DNA of 64,000 nt. Source: Camelus dromedarius (lineage: Eukaryota). The position numbers and the translations under genes were made by a program. Shown here piece by piece: positions 13,506 to 26,417 of the stretch. The stretch spans positions 52,392,001 through 52,456,000 of the forward strand of contig NC_087436.1 of NCBI RefSeq assembly GCF_036321535.1, in the 5' to 3' direction. The notes below the pieces were generated by a model that saw only the letters and a list, made by a program, of their open reading frames with translations, was not told where the DNA came from and did not search any database. Position 1 is the first letter of the stretch. Every line of letters begins with the position of its first letter.

Positions 13506-14369
13506 TTGTGAACTGAACGTAAGTTGCTCTCAGGGAAGCCCTGGTAGAGTCCAGTGGAGGAGAGGCAGGAAAGCTCCAATTCTTTACTGCTTCTTGATGG
13601 GTTTTCCAACATGGACGTCCGCAAGCACCATGCCTGTAAAACCGATACCGAAGGAAAAAGGCGCACGTGAGTAGAGGACTCGAATAATTTGAGTTTCTGG
13701 AAGGCAGATGAAAATAAATGAATTTTCATGTTATTTCAAGCATTTAGTACACTTATAAAAGTACCAAATTTATAGAGCTAATTGATGAGTTGATTTGTTT
13801 TTTTTTTGTATATAATGGGCAAATTGATTCACCATAAAATTCAATAGAGAAAGGAAAAGGAAGAATTTTAGTTCCTATTTAAGGTATATGTAACACATGC
13901 TAAGTGGTGTGATAAAAGGGAAAGTATAATATGACTTCATAATAAATGATTGCAAACTATCTGTCAAAGTTAGAGTCTCATATAAGTGATGACAAAAGTA
14001 ACCCTTATGCACTTTTGTCAGACTTTCATTTTCCCATGAAATAGTGCCATATTTATACTCAGTCTAAGGAGGAAGAAAGTATTTCCCTCAGGTAAGAAAT
14101 AAGGAAAGCAGTGTAATATATTTTATATTCTAATTAGTAAAGGATTTATTAAATTAGGATAAAATAGTTTCTTTGTGAATGATTATTGTGTATTGCCACA
14201 AGTTATATTTATATTCTTTCATTAAAATCTTTAAATTTATAGTCTTCTCATTTTTATATCTTACACTCTGCTCATGACTGACTCCCTCCAGCATAACTTC
14301 TGATAATATTGACACTGTTCCCTTTAAACCAAAATTAGGACAATAAATAACGACCCTGGTCACTCACTA

Positions 14370-14585
14370 GAGCTCTACCTAGTGACAAGCATGATGCTGG
14401 GAACTTCCCACATTTAATTACGCAATTAATTAATTACTCAAAATCTTACATAGTAGGTATTTCTGTCCCCATTCCGTCAGTGTAAAGCTTGAGATTTGAA
14501 GATTATAAATCTAAGAAGGAGATAGTAAAGTTAAATCAAAATTTCTATGATTCCAAAGCCTGTGTTTTTCCTCTATACCACTGTC
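14370..14585 (-). mobile_element. MIR SINE (antisense)
   Basis: AGTAGGTATTTCTGTCCCCATT...TGATTCCAAAGCCTGTGTTTTTCC. Confidence 0.6.
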
Positions 14586-14684
14586 ACTTCCTCAAGCTAT
14601 TTTGAGAATTTTTTTTTGGTTGAAAATTATCCCACATATGCATGGTAATACTTTGATACATGTGAAGAAAAGGTAGGAGAAATA

Positions 14685-14890
14685 ATAGATACTGAGTATT
14701 TATTATGTGCAAGCCTGTGTTCAGTGCTTTCATTATATTATTTCAAATATAGAGGTGAGTGTCATTATCCTGTTTTATAGAAGAGAAAGCCAAGTTAGAC
14801 AGAGGTTAAGTATGAACAGTTATCAGGGGATATAATTGGGATTCATACTCAAATCTGCTCAACTCCAAATGGCACACTGCTTACACCACA
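14685..14890 (-). mobile_element. MIR SINE (antisense)
   Basis: TACTGAGTATTTATTATGTGCAAG...ATTATCCTGTTTTATAGAAGAGAAAGCCAAG...AGAGGTTAAGT...GGGATTCATACTCA. Confidence 0.75.
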
Positions 14891-16882
14891 GTAAGCTGGC
14901 AGAAGTGTGCAATAACATATATGCCTAGGAAATGAATATATATCATTTCCATTGAATTGAGGCTACCTTTGTTCTGGGTCAGGGAGAAGTGATCAAGCTG
15001 AAAATATAAGTGACATCACAATTCTTAGCAGTTACTTTTCTAATACTTTCATTATAGTCCCCAATTCAGTCTTTATTGGTATGTAGAAACTGAGCATTTC
15101 TCTTGAATTTTATGACAGTTCTTGAATATCTTCCAATTCAAATCATTTTAAGAATGTGAATGTAACAAAAAAAAATTTTCCCTAAAAATTTGGCCTAATT
15201 TAATTTAGACTTAAATTGGAACTTTTTCTCCAAAATGTACAAGAGAGACATTTATAGAAAAGATTGAAGAAATTTAAGTTGAAAAAAATCAACTGGAAGT
15301 AAATCTATAAACATCTTTATACATGTTGGAAAGCTTTTCTACGTTTGAAAACAACCTTCTTTAGCTACTTCTATTTTTTTCGTCTTTCAAATAGAGGAAA
15401 CTGGACTGTTAAAGTCAGCTGCCCAGATTCAAAATGGTAGCTATTTTAACTGAGCATTTTCAGAGAAGTTCAGATGTATTACATAAGCACGTAATGGGGG
15501 CCCGTGTCCCAGAATAATCCTTCTGCATGAGAGGGCACAGCTCTACTTGTTGTGGGAGTATTCACACAGGCAGTTCTGACTTATTTGGGATTAAGATCAG
15601 TTAATTAACATTCTGCAAACACAGCATTCAGGTTGAATTCACTTGGAAGCAGGAGTGAAATAGAACCAGCCTCTGAATTGCTCTCTTCTGGGCAAAAACA
15701 ACACTCACAAGGCTCTAATGTCCCTGGCTTTATCTGGGTCCCCACTTCATCCCCTTCCACACAGCCCGCTCACTTCAACCATGCCCTGAACAGCTTACTT
15801 TCGAGAGAAGTAAGTGCAGGGAGAAGGACAGAAAAACAATCATCAAGACTTTCCCCAAAAGCTGTTTTATGATTCCTGTAGGTTTCATGAGGTGAGTGAG
15901 ATGATTTTTTTCTCTCCTTAGAATTTCCATTCACAGACCAAGGATGGGCACTTCTGTATTACAGCTAGTTCCAAAGGAAAGCTAAAGTATCACAAATTTT
16001 TATACATGCACCAAAAATATTAAATAGGAGAAAAATTGCTGAATGGAGAAAAATGTGACTATGCACACAGCCTTTCTGCCATTTTACCATTTCTTTACTA
16101 AATAACTGTTACCTCCAGAACCTTCAGCAACGTGAGTGGAAACTCACAGTCCATTTGAAGTTATAGTTCAAAGCACCAATTAGTAAAGCTACCTTATTTT
16201 TTAATGTTACAAAACCCAGGACTGACTCACACTGAGTTCGTTTGTCTCTGTTCTGTCACCATGCCTTATTTCTGCATGGGACCTTAAAGCAGGAACTTCT
16301 CACCTTGAGAACTAACTGCTCAATGAAATGCTTCCTTGCCCATGAAAGACTATTTCACTTAATGACTGCTATTTGTGAGCAAAGGAGGTTATTGTCAGTA
16401 TTTCCCCTTTAAGTTCTAAAATATTTTTGAGTAGAAAATAGTATAGGTATATATTTGCATAAGTGACAGAAGTTGAATCATTTATTGAATTATACCCTAA
16501 AGTTTTCAAATTATGACTTTTTTTTTTCTGTGAAGAAAAGTTTCAAATGACCAATGAAGGTACAAATAGCAACATTCTATGATGGGAATTTGTACAAACA
16601 CTAATCTTTATCTCAATTGGAATTTTCCTAATGAGGTGCCCTAAAGTCTTCTTTATAGCTAAGAAACTTGTTTAGAATATTAATAAAGCCAAATAACTAC
16701 CTTCTAACTTGCATCATGTTTGAGTTAATAAATCAAAATATATTAATAAGTGCATTACTTTTATGATTTCAAAGACATCAGAGTTTGGAAGTAATGTAGC
16801 CGTGTGACACTGATAAAATGTCACTTTAACAATGCAGCTTCTGAGTTTGATGGAATAAGCACATGATCCAGTTCTTGTCTCC

Positions 16883-16965
16883 TTTTTTAAATTTATTTTT
16901 TTGTTGAAGTATAGTCGGTTTACAATGTTTTGTTAATTTCTGGTGTACAGCATAGTGATTCAGTT

Positions 16966-17021
<56 letters not shown>

Positions 17022-17157
17022 TCTTTTTCATATTATTTTTCATTATAGCTTATTACAAGATACTGAATATAATTCCCTGTGCTATGCAGTAGACCTTTGT
17101 CATTTATCTAGTTTATATATAGTAGCTTGTATCTGCTTATCCCAAACTCTTAAATTG
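16883..17157 (-). mobile_element. Cetartiodactyl-type L1 3' end (5'-truncated)
   Basis: TTGAAGTATAGTCGGTTTACAATGTT...TCTGGTGTACAGCATAGTGATTCAG...TCCCTGTGCTAT is closely similar to the 3' end of the long L1 at 39941-40155. Confidence 0.9.
16973..17016. repeat. (TA)22 microsatellite inside an L1 3' UTR
   Basis: Perfect TA dinucleotide run. Confidence 0.95.
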
Positions 17158-20100
17158 TTAAGTTGTAACTTTTGATCTCTCCTAAACAAGAGGCAAATTT
17201 GCAAAGTGGAAGAGAAACTGGGAATTATAGAGTTGTAACAGAACTTAGAAATACTTAAAAAATACATATTAATGTATTACTATACTATTTTACATATAAA
17301 ATATTTATTTAACTAAGTCTTGACTTGGCATATTATCCAAGAATAGGATTTCATGTCTGGTTCTTAGAACTCCACAAGTTTAGATGCAGAAAGCATGACT
17401 TTCCCTGGGTCACTGATGTAGACGATGGAAAATGCCAAGATTACAAAATGGGCCTTCTGACTTCCATTCAAGACTGGTTGTCTTCCAATGCAAAGTCGTA
17501 TCTCTATGTTAGATGCAAAGTAAATTATTGGTAGGTGACATGTTTGACTGTTTTTGTTTCTGGAACTCTTTTGCTCCGTTGAATTTTGAGTAGTAGAGGG
17601 TAATCGAGAAGCAATTTCCATACATCACTCCGCCAAAGGGTTGAACTGCCGTGTTTCAAAGCCAGTAGAGACATCATCACTAACCCTAACCTTGAGAATG
17701 GGAGTTGCCTGCAGTACCGTAAGGTCTACTAACCAGGCAGCCTAATGCATTCAGATGAAAAAGAGTAATAAGCCGCTAGGATATCAGGGAACCAATCATA
17801 GGACACAGGATTAGAAGCTGACAAGGGAAAGCTGACATCACCTCCTTTTCCAAGGAAAAAGTTGATGTTTCATCGTGTTAACAGGAGGAAAAGCAACTCA
17901 GGTGCTGCTGCAGCGTGGTGCCCTGCCATCCTCAACGCCTGACTTGATTGCAATTCTGTCGCAGCCTGAGATTTTATAACATGTCACAAGAGAGACTTTT
18001 CATTCTTCTCAATACTTTGCTTCTAGTTATTGACAACACTTTGATTTGTTAGGCCTGCTAATTTGGATTTAGAAACCAGAATGAAGGAAAAATACTTCAG
18101 ATCCCTGTTATGGCCCATGTGGTCTCCTTTCTCCAAGGACCCGCCCCCTCTGACAACTGACTCCCTGCAGGCTCAGTTCCACCCCAGCCTTGGTGATCCA
18201 TCCTTTTTATTGACAAACCTGCTGGAAAAGCTTTTCGATTTACATGGAGAAACATAAGAGCCACACTTACATTACCAGATTGTGCATTCTCTCTGGTCAG
18301 AAAGATGTTTGTGAAATTAAGATCAGAGGATGGTGAGTTGAGTGCCACATAGCTGTAAAAGTAATTAGATGATTAATTAAAAGATAACAAAAATCTATAA
18401 AATTATCATTATTAAATACTTCATGTTCAATAGAGAAAATATGTGTAATTGCAAAAGAAAGTAGAGCATAAAGAATCAGAGACTACCAATTTGCTAACAG
18501 AATATTGATGAGATTTTCTGCATGAAGATTTAGGCCATTAAAGAACTATGCCAAGTAGTAAAAGATCTTATCAAAGGATTCTTTGCTATCTGAAGACAAG
18601 CTGAATCTCCTGGGAGAAGATTTGTCATCACAGGGGCGAGGGAGGCAGAATTGGCCTTGGCTTCTTTCTATCCACAACCTCTAATTGCGAGGAGTGTCCT
18701 ACAGTGAAACAGTTCTTTCAGGAGGTGAAGACCTAGCTTAGGCAACTGAATTTCAGAAGGTACTATTTATGGCTATTCTGTTATAAAAATGTGAATTACA
18801 TCTAACCTAATGGTATTTCACTGGTGAATGTCTTACTTTTACAAGTTTTTCATTTTACATTTGCTTATAAAGTAATTATCCTCTATATCCTTTTGAATTT
18901 TAATTCTAAATGCAAATTTAATGGTATTTCTATTTGGGTCATCTTTCAAAGAGCTCTAAAAAGTTTATGAATACAACCTGATCTGCATTTTTCTTGCCTC
19001 CCATAACCTTGCAGAAGCAAGGCCATTCTGACTCCTCCCAGAGCAGCAGATGGAGGGTGAAGGGTCAGAGTACATCTCAAACTCGCTTCTTATCCAGAAG
19101 ACCATGGATTCTGAGACTGATTAACCGCGTTTCAGTTTGGAAATGAGGGTGCTCATCATCGTATCAGTTTCTTTCCAAGTTACACTTAGGTTATTTGCCC
19201 TTAAATAATATTTTAAAGTTTACTTCCAGAATTCAAACCTAAGAGAATATGGAAGATAATACTTTTTAAGCAAATAGAAAATGAAAGAGAACTCTTTGCG
19301 AAGTTTGTAAACTGAAAAATTTACCAATAATAGCATTTTTTAAACCATCATTAAATTTCCAGCCCTCGACTGATTTCTAATTTCTTATTTTTCCCATTTG
19401 TATCCTGGACAAATATATAGAGTTAGATGATCTTTAACAGCAAGCAAAACAAACTCCCAGAATTCCAGGTTAATCACTCACTTTTCTCCAGAGGCAGCTC
19501 TTCTGGGATGAAATGATATCGTGTAACTAGGGAGGAAAGTAAAAAACTACTTTTTCTCACTTATGGAATATTTAGCCATTCACAGACCAACGGCAAACTC
19601 AGCAATGTGTTCTCAAGTCTTCTGACCCCCAAAACAGTTATGCTTTTAATCCTTATTTTATTATTTCATTTGTATCTTGTCCCTACACAGAACATAAATG
19701 ATCAGCATAAAACTACAAAGTTCCCTTTTACGCTTTCCTTAAGCCGGGTATTGGTTTTTCTATTTTCCCCCATTTTTATTATAGAAATTTCCAAATTTTC
19801 CTCCTAACTAGACAGTACTCTGAATTACAGACCCAACATTGCAAGATAGATAATATCATCTTCATACATGAAGGAAAGGAGATTATACTTCTTCCTAACT
19901 AATATACTAACTGTTATTAGTTAAACATTTAACAGTTACAGTTTTGCCATAGAAAAGGAGATAACCATTGTGATAGAAAAGTTCAGATTTGCATGATCCT
20001 ACTTTGAAGCTGTTTGTAGTGGTGCACATTCTATTACCGTTTCTCTTTGCTCATGCTAGAGAGCTTTCAGGGGGACCCAGATTTTATTCCTCCAGTCCCT

Positions 20101-20364
20101 CACCATTGATACCTGGAGAGGATAATGCAGCATAAAAAAAATTGTGGGTGGTTGTTCTGGCTGAATGATTCCCCTCTGTCAGCCCATGGGCAAGAATGGA
20201 GTTGAATTTAACCTTTAGTTTCCGCGGTTAGAGATAGATTAGATAAATGGGAAGCAGCCACCACTCCCATATCCTCCTGTTCGTGGAATGTAGGAAATGG
20301 CTAAAATAGGGCCCAGAGGAAATTTACTGCTCAAACGTATCAAGGATTAGGTTCCGTAGTACTT

Positions 20365-20381
20365 AAAAAAAAAAAAAAAAA
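20365..20381. repeat. Poly(A) tract, 17 nt
   Basis: Direct read. Confidence 0.9.
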
Positions 20382-22169
20382 GGAATCCCAAACTCTATTG
20401 TAAGAAAGAATTCTATTTTCAAAGATGGATTATGTAATTCTGGAGTTTCTGAAAAATAATTTTATTTTCCAATTTGTATCTGTCATTGAGTAAACATAGA
20501 ATCATATTATTCGATGGAAACCTGTTATTTGGTTTTCTCAGTGTAAAGAGAATTACTAAAATACTGCTGACTCTTCCCCTGGCTGCTGGGTAATTTGCTG
20601 CTTACTGTCAATAAAAATACACCTCTCCTAACACTGACCCCGAAGCTTTGTCAGGTATCAGCACTGTTTTAGATTGTAAGCTGAGAATTCATAGATGTGA
20701 TTTGTGCAGCTTTTCACAAACCCGACACGTTGTCCTCCACTAAACACACATACTTGCTTAATTTTTTTTTTAATAATGGCAAAGAAAGAACAAAGGGGAG
20801 TAGAATAAAACAATTTTCAAGTGTACAAATCTATTAACTTGAAGTCCTTGGACATTATTAAATCCACAGGTCCCTTGGGGCACCTGAGTCCATTAATGTC
20901 AAAGAAAGGATGCGTACATCCAGGCCACATGGAACACTGAGGGGGACCAGCTTCGTTGTTTGTTACTCACAAGCTGCTCTGCTGATCAGGGGACTTGACC
21001 TTGTCTTGGCCTCAAGAGCCACGGAGCTGGCAGTGGTCCCTCTTTTAGAACATGTTTCCTTATACCAATCTATAAATAATCCTTCTACAGTAACAGAGGG
21101 AAATGTGAGCCCCAGCCCTATATAAGAAAAGATGAAGGACTGATTTTTTTCATTTTTAGGATTCTCTGTATTCCCCTCCTCTTATGTTATCATCACTGCT
21201 GTTCTGTGTGTCCTCCCCACCTCCCTCAATTATTTTTATTTTCGGCACAAGCCAGTGAACACTGCAAGAGCTGATAATGGGAATGACTGATAAGTCGTAG
21301 TAAATAAAAAAGGTCAGGTTTGCTCTTAGTTACTTTTTGTTTATTTTTAGAAATTGAGAAAGATGAATGGAAAAGTCCTTTCTGAGGAGTGGTAATAAAG
21401 TAAGGAGAGTGTATTTTTAGGTATGATTCCTCAGTTTCATCATAAATAGGCTGAGGAGATGTCACCGAATATGTTGTAAGCAAAAGCAGTCACATCAGAG
21501 TTACTCACGCTTGGAAATGAAAATAAGTTTTACTAGAACCCCCTACTTGCCTGTCATGTTTCACTCACAGTGTATCCAGGCGAGGTGGGAGAGTCTGGTG
21601 ATTGAAGTCATTCTCCCAGGTGTGTAATCTTGGCACGGGTGGACAGATAAGGCAGAGATTTATAGACACTTGCATTTTCTTATTTACAAGAGTGCCGTTA
21701 AAGGAGGACTTTGGGAAATAGATTTACCTTTGGTTACAAATCCAGTGTGGAACTATGATGCTACTGTAGGTTCTGGGCTCTAACTCTCTCCACTGCCACT
21801 GCCTGGGTGAAGAGGACTGTCAAGGACCACAGTAAATTCCTGGAATTGCTGCAGCTTCCCTCTCACATTGATGGTCCAGGGCATACCTCTTTTTAGTGGG
21901 TATGAAATTCAAAATTACATCACTCAGGAGTTCAGACTTCACTACTTGTCTTTCGCTAGTCTTTCTCTGTCTTTCTCTCTCCTCTCTAATATTTTCTGAA
22001 TGAGGCAGTGTTGTTCAGATTCTGGAATGGGGTGAGGAGTGGTGAGGGGGCACATCATTTATTTCAAGAATCCTTTGTAGCCACTAAGGAAACTTGGCAG
22101 AAACTAAGAGGACTCACTGAGGCTGCAAATTAAAAATGTATTCACATTATGAATCCACAGGAAGAGAAA

Positions 22170-22760
22170 GAGAAACACCAACAATCACATGAAAAGATGT
22201 TCTACCTCACTCACAATAAGATGGAAATTAGAACAATATGATAGCATTTTTCACCATTTAGACAGGGAAAGATTCAATATGCAGCATTGCCCAGTATTCG
22301 AATGCATGGGGAAATATAGGCACATTCCCTTTGGATAACAATTTGGCATCATCTATCAAAATTTAACGTGCACAGACTCTTGGACCCAACCATTCCTTCT
22401 CTATGGACTTTTCCTATAGCTCTACTCATTCAAGCAGGCAGAGATCTGAATGCAAAGATGTTTAATGCAACATTTCTATGTTGCATTAATATATAAATAC
22501 ACTCATTTTTATATTCTCATTTTTTTAATTGGGGAAAATATTTTTGTCCCTCAACAAGAGACTTGTTAGATAAACTATTGCATAACTTTAATAGATTTTA
22601 TGACAGATTTTAATGTGATAGACCTATAGTTTTTTTTTATGGAAAAATGTCAATGCTTAAAAATGAAAGATATACATACACATAAAAAGAGCTATAGAAA
22701 CACAAGAAAATGTTCACAGTAGTTTCCTCTAAAGAGTGGGAATGAAGATCAGGAGCATTT
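22170..22760 (+). mobile_element. Old L1 (L1ME-type) 3' fragment
   Basis: CACATGAAAAGATGTTCTACCTCACT, CAATTTGGCATCATCTATCAAAATTT and GACCCAACCATTCCTTCTCTA. Confidence 0.75.
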
Positions 22761-23574
22761 GATTTTTTACATTAAAAAGTTGGAATGGAGGAAATAATTT
22801 TTTTCTTGTGGTCAACCTGGTTTTCTATATTTTCTTCTCTTTTTTACAAATGTGGTTTTGAATTGAATAACTGTCATAAAATACCAATTGTTATACCAAT
22901 AGACTTATGATTACAGGTTATGCAATAATTCATACTAGACTTTTCTTGTGACCATAATAAATAATGAAATAATACACCCAGCAGAAGCTCCAGGCCAGAT
23001 GGTGGGGCTTCTAGAGACGATGGCTTTGCTGAAGCCTCAGGGCACTGCGCATAACTAGCTCCCCAAAGAGAACTGGGCTTCTTGTACAAACCCCTCTCCA
23101 GACACCACGCCATAAAGCTCTGAAAACCTACTTCCTTTACTGCATCACCAAAGCTATGTTACATGCTTATAAAATGCCATATAAATTTGATGTAATACTT
23201 CAATGTGTTTTAGTTATTTGGCTACCGGGAAAAAATTCTTGGGTAAACATTTTCATTAAATGGGACTCTCTTTTTCCCCCCTCCTGTTGAGGTGAAGATA
23301 ATCATCATTAATGAAAATGACATCAGACATTTACATAATACTGTTAAGCCTCAAGGTGCAATTTGTAAGATATTTCTAGAAATCACTTTATCCATTAAGG
23401 TTATAGTCTCCTCTGATGTGGAAGCACTTAGCAGCTTTTGACATTATTCAACTACTTAAGTCAGAAAGTAAGGATCTCATACTTTTGTGACCCCATTAAG
23501 GCATCTGTAGTTTGTATAATTACATTTACTATGTCTTCAAAAGAGATGAGATGGGTCTGTCATCTGTCTATGTA

Positions 23575-23735
23575 AAAGAGACAGAGAAGGAGAGGGATGG
23601 GGGGTAGAGAGAGGAGAGAGACAGACAGACAGACGGAAGCATAGAGAGAAAGGGAGGAAGGGGAAAGAGAAAAGGAGAGAGAAAAGGGAATCTAGAGGAA
23701 AAGAGAAAGAATTTTAAAAATACAGAGAAGGAAAA
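23575..23735. repeat. GA-rich purine low-complexity tract including (GACA)n
   Basis: About 160 nt almost entirely G/A on the + strand. Confidence 0.85.
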
Positions 23736-23799
23736 TGAGAAATCAATACCTGTAAAAAAAAAAAGCAGCTATATTAGAAATTTATACTATAATTTTTGA

Positions 23800-23930
23800 A
23801 AGATCATTTTGTCTAAGCCATTCATTTTCTACCTGAGGAAACTGAAACCCAGAGGGGTTTCTCTAAGATTCTAAGGAGTTGGACTGCTATTGAAAACGAC
23901 AGGATATCCTGACTTTCCCTGCCCTACCTT
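23800..23930 (-). mobile_element. MIR core fragment (antisense)
   Basis: TTCATTTTCTACCTGAGGAAACTGAAACCCAGAGGGG. Confidence 0.65.
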
Positions 23931-24059
23931 TCATTTTATACTATTTGTGTTATTTATCTTTATAGTTGAATATTAAAGAGTAAAATTAAAAGATTAGAAA
24001 TCCAGCCTTGTTTAAACAACAGAAGGGGCCAAGGCTGTGAGCACGTTGGAGTGCTGGTA

Positions 24060-24200
24060 GATATTCATTGTGTCACTCCATCTATTTGAACTTGCAACAC
24101 ATATTTTGGGTGCCTCCTATTTGCAAGACATTGTGCTGAGTTCTGGGCATATGGAGGTTAACAGTAGAAATAAGGCCCCTGTGTTCATGGCAATTTAGCG
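24060..24200 (-). mobile_element. L2 3' end (antisense)
   Basis: CAACACATATTTTGGGTGCCTCCTATTTGCAAGACATTGTGCTGAGTTCTGGG. Confidence 0.7.
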
Positions 24201-25944
24201 CTAGAATACCTCAGCTGCTCCGTAGATGTTGGGTTTCTCTCTAAATAATAACCAGGGAAATTCTGCAGGCAGCCTTGCCTCTGTCAACTATTTTCCATTA
24301 CTGTGGCAAAGCTAGAGAATCCTTACGCATGCTGGGTTGTTGACCTGACTTCACATGGCCTTTCTCAACACTAATTTCCTAGATAGACCTGGATAGAGGA
24401 CAGACCTATCCTTTAAATTTCCTTTATGTATGACTGTGAAATATTAAACATTTTGCCTTAGTGTAACATACATTTTTATTTGATTTGATTTAGACTTGTC
24501 TAAACCCAGACATGCAGTGAGCAGTTGGCAACAACAGCCCACTCCCTTTCCAGATGGACAAAGCCATATGCTGCAAGGCCCCCCATGGTGCCAAACTTTC
24601 TCTGCTCTTCAAGGCAAACCAATCCATCTCTAAAATCTTCAGTGTTGATTCTAAATCTGGTTGCTTTGAAGTCCCAGGGAACATTCCATTCTCTCTAGGG
24701 TCGTGTCGGTAAGTGTAACTTCATATCCGGCCCACTGGCAGTCTAAAAATACATCCATCTGAATTTGGGTGACTTTAGGATATTTCCTCAAGAAATTTTG
24801 AAGGCTGGTGATAGCTTTGGGGAAATGGAGGAGGAGACGCTTTCCAATGACAAAAATTATGTAGCATGAGAATGTACCCATTCACCTAGTTGAAATTCTT
24901 TATTCCTGCTCTCACCTCTTATTCCTTCAACTTTCCAGTGTCCATCATCACGTATTTATGGTACCAACTTCTATTTTTAAATGACTTTACTTTTACATCA
25001 TTTAAATATTTATCAATACTATTTTTCAGGCCACTATTGGCCAACCCTTTGATTAACAGATTCAACTCTCTTCAGTAAGAAAACGTGCAAGAAGGAATGA
25101 ATGGTTTATTCTGAGGGGTTTGGTGAAGTCATTATTCCTCCTGAACCAAGAACATGATTAGGACCAGAAATGAAGTTTCTCCATTCAACAGGGTTCTTTT
25201 TACTCACAGGTGGACTCACATTTCACATGTGAGACTTTTTGTGTAAGTTAAACTGTATGAGGGGAGAGGAGATGTCTTTGCTCAAGTTCTCAGAGAATTG
25301 CTATTGAGAATATTCGTCAGGAAATTGCTCTGTGGTGTGAAATTGAAGTGTGGGGTTGGGCTTGAGCCTTTAATGTGAAAAATATGTGTCCAAAATTCTA
25401 ACTAGATGAGTTTTAAATATAATCTTCTACTCATTTTGGTAAATCCCTTCACTTTTTAAATATGAAATTTGGTCTTTTTATTTAAGCAATTTTATTTACC
25501 TCCACAAACACTTTTGAGCATTTTACCAGGAGCAAGATAGCCCACTTTGTTCAATAGGGATTTAAAATGAATGACTCTGGTACTAATAGCCAAGGAAGTC
25601 ACTCAGAGTAATAGGCAATACACAGACATCTCTCTGTCTCTACCAAGGGACAAACTGAGTTGATTGTTAAAAGAGGGGCACATACATTTTACAGGAGGAA
25701 AGAATGTGAGAAGTTAAATCTGATTAGAAATATAAAGGCTGACTTGAAGAATATGTACAATTTCAGCCACCATAAAGCAAAGATCTTCTAGGCAGTGACC
25801 TCCAAGAGAAGACATGCCCAAAAATTTAAATAAATAAAAGTGATCAATTAGAAAGAAAAAATTAAAGTAGCTTTTAATATTTTTAAATTAATTATTTGAA
25901 ATTTTTATTTCTTCTAATGCCCCAAGTATTTTTGGTCAGTAATG

Positions 25945-26417
25945 TATGATGGTTAATTTATGTGTCAACTTGCCTGGGCCCCCAGGTGTCCAGATATTTG
26001 GTGAAATGTTCTTCTGGGTGTGTCTCTGAGGGTGATTTTGAATGAGGTTAATATTTTAATCAATAAACTGAATAAAGCAGGTTGCCCTCCCTAATGTGGA
26101 TTGCTCTCATCCAATCAGCTGAAGGCCTGAATAGAATAAAAAGTCTGACCTTCCTGGGGGTAAAAGAGAACACCCTAGGTCTGACTGCCAGAGCTGGACA
26201 TTGGTGTTTCCAGCTTTCAGACTGAAATTTACACCACCATCAGCTCTAATGGGTCTCCAGCTTGCCAACTGCAGATCTTGGGGCTTCTCAGCCTCTGTAA
26301 CCACATGGGATCAATTCCTTATACTTAATCTCTCTCTCTCCTCTCAGTTTCTGTCTCCCTCTCTCACTCTCTGTCTTCTGTTGGTCCTATTTCTCTGGCG
26401 ACCCCGTACTTAATACG
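25945..26417 (+). mobile_element. MLT2-family ERVL solo LTR
   Basis: Starts TATGATGGTTAATTTATGTGTCAACTTG, contains CTCATCCAATCAGCTGAAGGCCTGAATAGAATAAAAAG, ends TTTCTCTGGCGACCCCGTACTTAATAC. AATG lies on both flanks (possible TSD). Confidence 0.9.

Noticed and set aside
15882..15891. 10-nt microexon-like pattern CCTGTAG|GTTTCATGAG|GTGAGT
   Set aside because: Not frame-preserving, weak pyrimidine tract and no supporting gene context.
17325..17621. Overlapping short ORFs on both strands that look protein-like
   Set aside because: No recognisable domain and no convincing paired splice sites.
17810..17822. 13-mer ATTAGAAGCTGAC shared with the 182-bp duplicated unit
   Set aside because: Exact 13-mer matches are expected by chance in 64 kb and the similarity does not extend.
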